Shown piece by piece: positions 62,235 to 64,000 of a DNA stretch of 64,000 nt (within the stretch, counting starts at the first letter, position 1; each line of letters opens with the position of its first letter). The notes beneath the pieces are model-generated. The model was not told the origin of the DNA. It saw only the letters and a program-made list of their open reading frames with translations, and did no database searches. The stretch is from Phormidesmis sp. (GTDB taxonomy: Bacteria; Cyanobacteriota; Cyanobacteriia; Leptolyngbyales; Leptolyngbyaceae). Location of the stretch: contig CBDFJR010000005.1 in NCBI GenBank assembly GCA_965248535.1, forward strand, positions 2,016,001 through 2,080,000, read 5' to 3'. Position numbers and translations under genes: made by a program.

Positions 62235-63473
62235 ATGCCATTCGGTCTCTTAAAATTTGCTCTGTCAAAAAATCATCCCGAACCGCGAATGTTTCGTCAA
62301 CCCGATCGTTTAAAGTCAAACTACGACGCGGTGATCATTGGCGGTGGTGGGCATGGATTGGCAGCCGCTTATTATTTGGCACGCGATTATGACATGAAAA
62401 ATATCGCCGTGCTAGAAAGAGGCTATATCGGCGGAGGCAACACAGGACGCAACACAACGATTATTCGATCGAACTATCTCACGCCCGAAGGAGTGAAATT
62501 CTATGATGAATCAGTGCGACTATGGCAAGATTTATCACAAGACTTCGATTTAAACCTGTTCTACTCCAATCGCGGGCACTTCACGCTAGCGCATACAGAT
62601 TCATCAGTGAGAACAATGCGATGGCGGGCAGAAGTCAACAAGCATTTTGGCATCGATAGTGAGCTGGTTGATGCGGCTGACGTGCAAAAAGCCTGCCCAA
62701 TGATGGACATGGACTGTGGCGGTCATCCCATTTTGGGGGCACTTTATCACGCTCCGGGCAGCATTGCTCGTCACGATGTGGTGGCGTGGGGCTATGGTCG
62801 TGGGGCTGATTTGCGCGGGGTCGAGATTCATCAACAAACCGAAGTGTTAGGGATTCAGATTGAGTCCGATCGGGTCACGGGCGTTGAGACTTCGCACGGC
62901 ACAATTTCGACCCCTCGCGTGCTTTGCGCGGTTGCCGGATTTACACCCCGAATTTTAGAGAAAGTGGGGTTACGATCGCCCCTCTCGATTCACCCTCTGC
63001 AAGCGATGGTTAGCGAGCCGATGAAGCCCTGGCTTGACCCGATTATTGTCTCTGGCAGTCTGCACGTCTATGTCAGCCAAACAGCGCGGGGAGAACTCGT
63101 GATGGGTGCCTCGCTTGACCCCTATGCACTGCATTCCACGCGATCGACGCTCGACTTTGCCGAAGGACTGGCCGCCCACATGCTAGAGCTATTTCCGTTT
63201 TTGTCCCCTGTCAAAGTGGTGCGGCAGTGGGCAGGCATGGCAGACATGACTCCTGATTTTGCGCCGATTATGGGCAAAACGGCGATCGGGGGATTCTATC
63301 TAGATGCAGGCTGGGGCACTTGGGGGTTTAAAGCAACGCCTGTCTGCGGTAAAACGATGGCCTATACCGTGGCCCACGATCGCAATCATGATCTGATTCA
63401 AGATTTTGGGCTGTCTCGATTTGAGAAGTATGAACGAGTGGGTGAAAAAGGCGCAGCGTCAGTAGGGCACTAA
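62235..63473 (+). CDS. soxB: Sarcosine oxidase beta / N-methylglutamate dehydrogenase FAD subunit
   Basis: IIGGGGHGLA, GGNTGRNTTIIRSNY and GWGTWGFKATP motifs. Confidence 0.9.
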   Translation: MPFGLLKFALSKNHPEPRMFRQPDRLKSNYDAVIIGGGGHGLAAAYYLARDYDMKNIAVLERGYIGGGNTGRNTTIIRSNYLTPEGVKFYDESVRLWQDLSQDFDLNLFYSNRGHFTLAHTDSSVRTMRWRAEVNKHFGIDSELVDAADVQKACPMMDMDCGGHPILGALYHAPGSIARHDVVAWGYGRGADLRGVEIHQQTEVLGIQIESDRVTGVETSHGTISTPRVLCAVAGFTPRILEKVGLRSPLSIHPLQAMVSEPMKPWLDPIIVSGSLHVYVSQTARGELVMGASLDPYALHSTRSTLDFAEGLAAHMLELFPFLSPVKVVRQWAGMADMTPDFAPIMGKTAIGGFYLDAGWGTWGFKATPVCGKTMAYTVAHDRNHDLIQDFGLSRFEKYERVGEKGAASVGH

Positions 63474-63475
63474 CC

Positions 63476-63733
63476 ATGAAACTTATGACTTGTCCGGTTA
63501 ACGGTTCACGATCGATTTCAGAGTTTATTTATGGGGGAGAGTTGCGATCGATGCCTGACCCAAACATGGTGACAGATGAGGTTTGGGCAGATTATGTGTT
63601 TCATCGCAACAACACTCCAGGAATTAAATGTGAATGGTGGTGTCATGTGCCCAGCAACACTTGGTTTATCGCTGAACGTGACACGCTAACCGATGATATT
63701 TCATGCACATATCTGTGGGGTGAGGTGATATGA
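63476..63733 (+). CDS. soxD: Sarcosine oxidase delta / MgdB-like subunit
   Basis: CPVNGSR..EF.YGG, EWWCH and RDT motifs. Confidence 0.9.
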   Translation: MKLMTCPVNGSRSISEFIYGGELRSMPDPNMVTDEVWADYVFHRNNTPGIKCEWWCHVPSNTWFIAERDTLTDDISCTYLWGEVI

Positions 63734-64000
63734 ATCAACGCAGACTGCCGCCGATCTCAGGAGAATGGATTGATCGCCGCTGCCCGATCGAGTTCACCTT
63801 TGAAGGCACTCGCTTTAGGGGATATGTGGGAGACACGATCGCCAGTGCGCTGTGGGCATCGGGTCAGCAGATTTTAGGACGCAGTTTTAAATACCACCGT
63901 CCGCGTGGGGTTTTGAGTTTTGCTAATCATGATATAAATTCCCTCATGCAGTCTGGGCAGAGGTTGAATATCCGGGCAGATGTCACACCGTTAGAAGACG
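63730..64000 (+). CDS. soxA: Sarcosine oxidase alpha / MgdC-like subunit (runs off window end)
   Basis: Manual translation MNQRRLPPISGEWIDR..FTFEG..GDTIASAL..GRSFKYHRPRG. Confidence 0.9.
   Translation, partial: MNQRRLPPISGEWIDRRCPIEFTFEGTRFRGYVGDTIASALWASGQQILGRSFKYHRPRGVLSFANHDINSLMQSGQRLNIRADVTPLED

Overview
Cyanobacterial chromosomal window with dense HIP1 (GCGATCGC) sites; the gene style suggests a filamentous Leptolyngbya-like organism (inference). Housekeeping content: SbtA-like permease, tRNA-Arg(CCT), murI, amiC, SPS-like GT4, sds, mug, ddpX, bioA/birA, cobK/cobN/cobB, DAHP synthase, chlH, ClC, cyAbrB, htrA and a likely 6S RNA. Accessory regions: (i) a complete Wsp-type chemosensory operon whose WspR-like output has an adenylate cyclase domain instead of GGDEF, next to a cNMP-binding MscS channel and a divergent adhesin, which is the best candidate for an undescribed system; (ii) a dead TnpB (IS605-family) element whose right end is interrupted by a probable group II intron fragment; (iii) an ATPase plus inactive-P-loop/TPR gene pair with a hypervariable 102-bp repeat array, followed by a PIN toxin-antitoxin module, Uma2 and IS6 debris; (iv) a GNAT/small-protein pair; (v) the start of a sox/mgd-type amine oxidation operon. 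Several structured intergenic RNA candidates and two small membrane ORFs are missing from the ORF track. wspE, the TPR gene and cobN each carry an apparent frameshift, real or assembly error. All calls are by eye and motif recall; no database searches were run.
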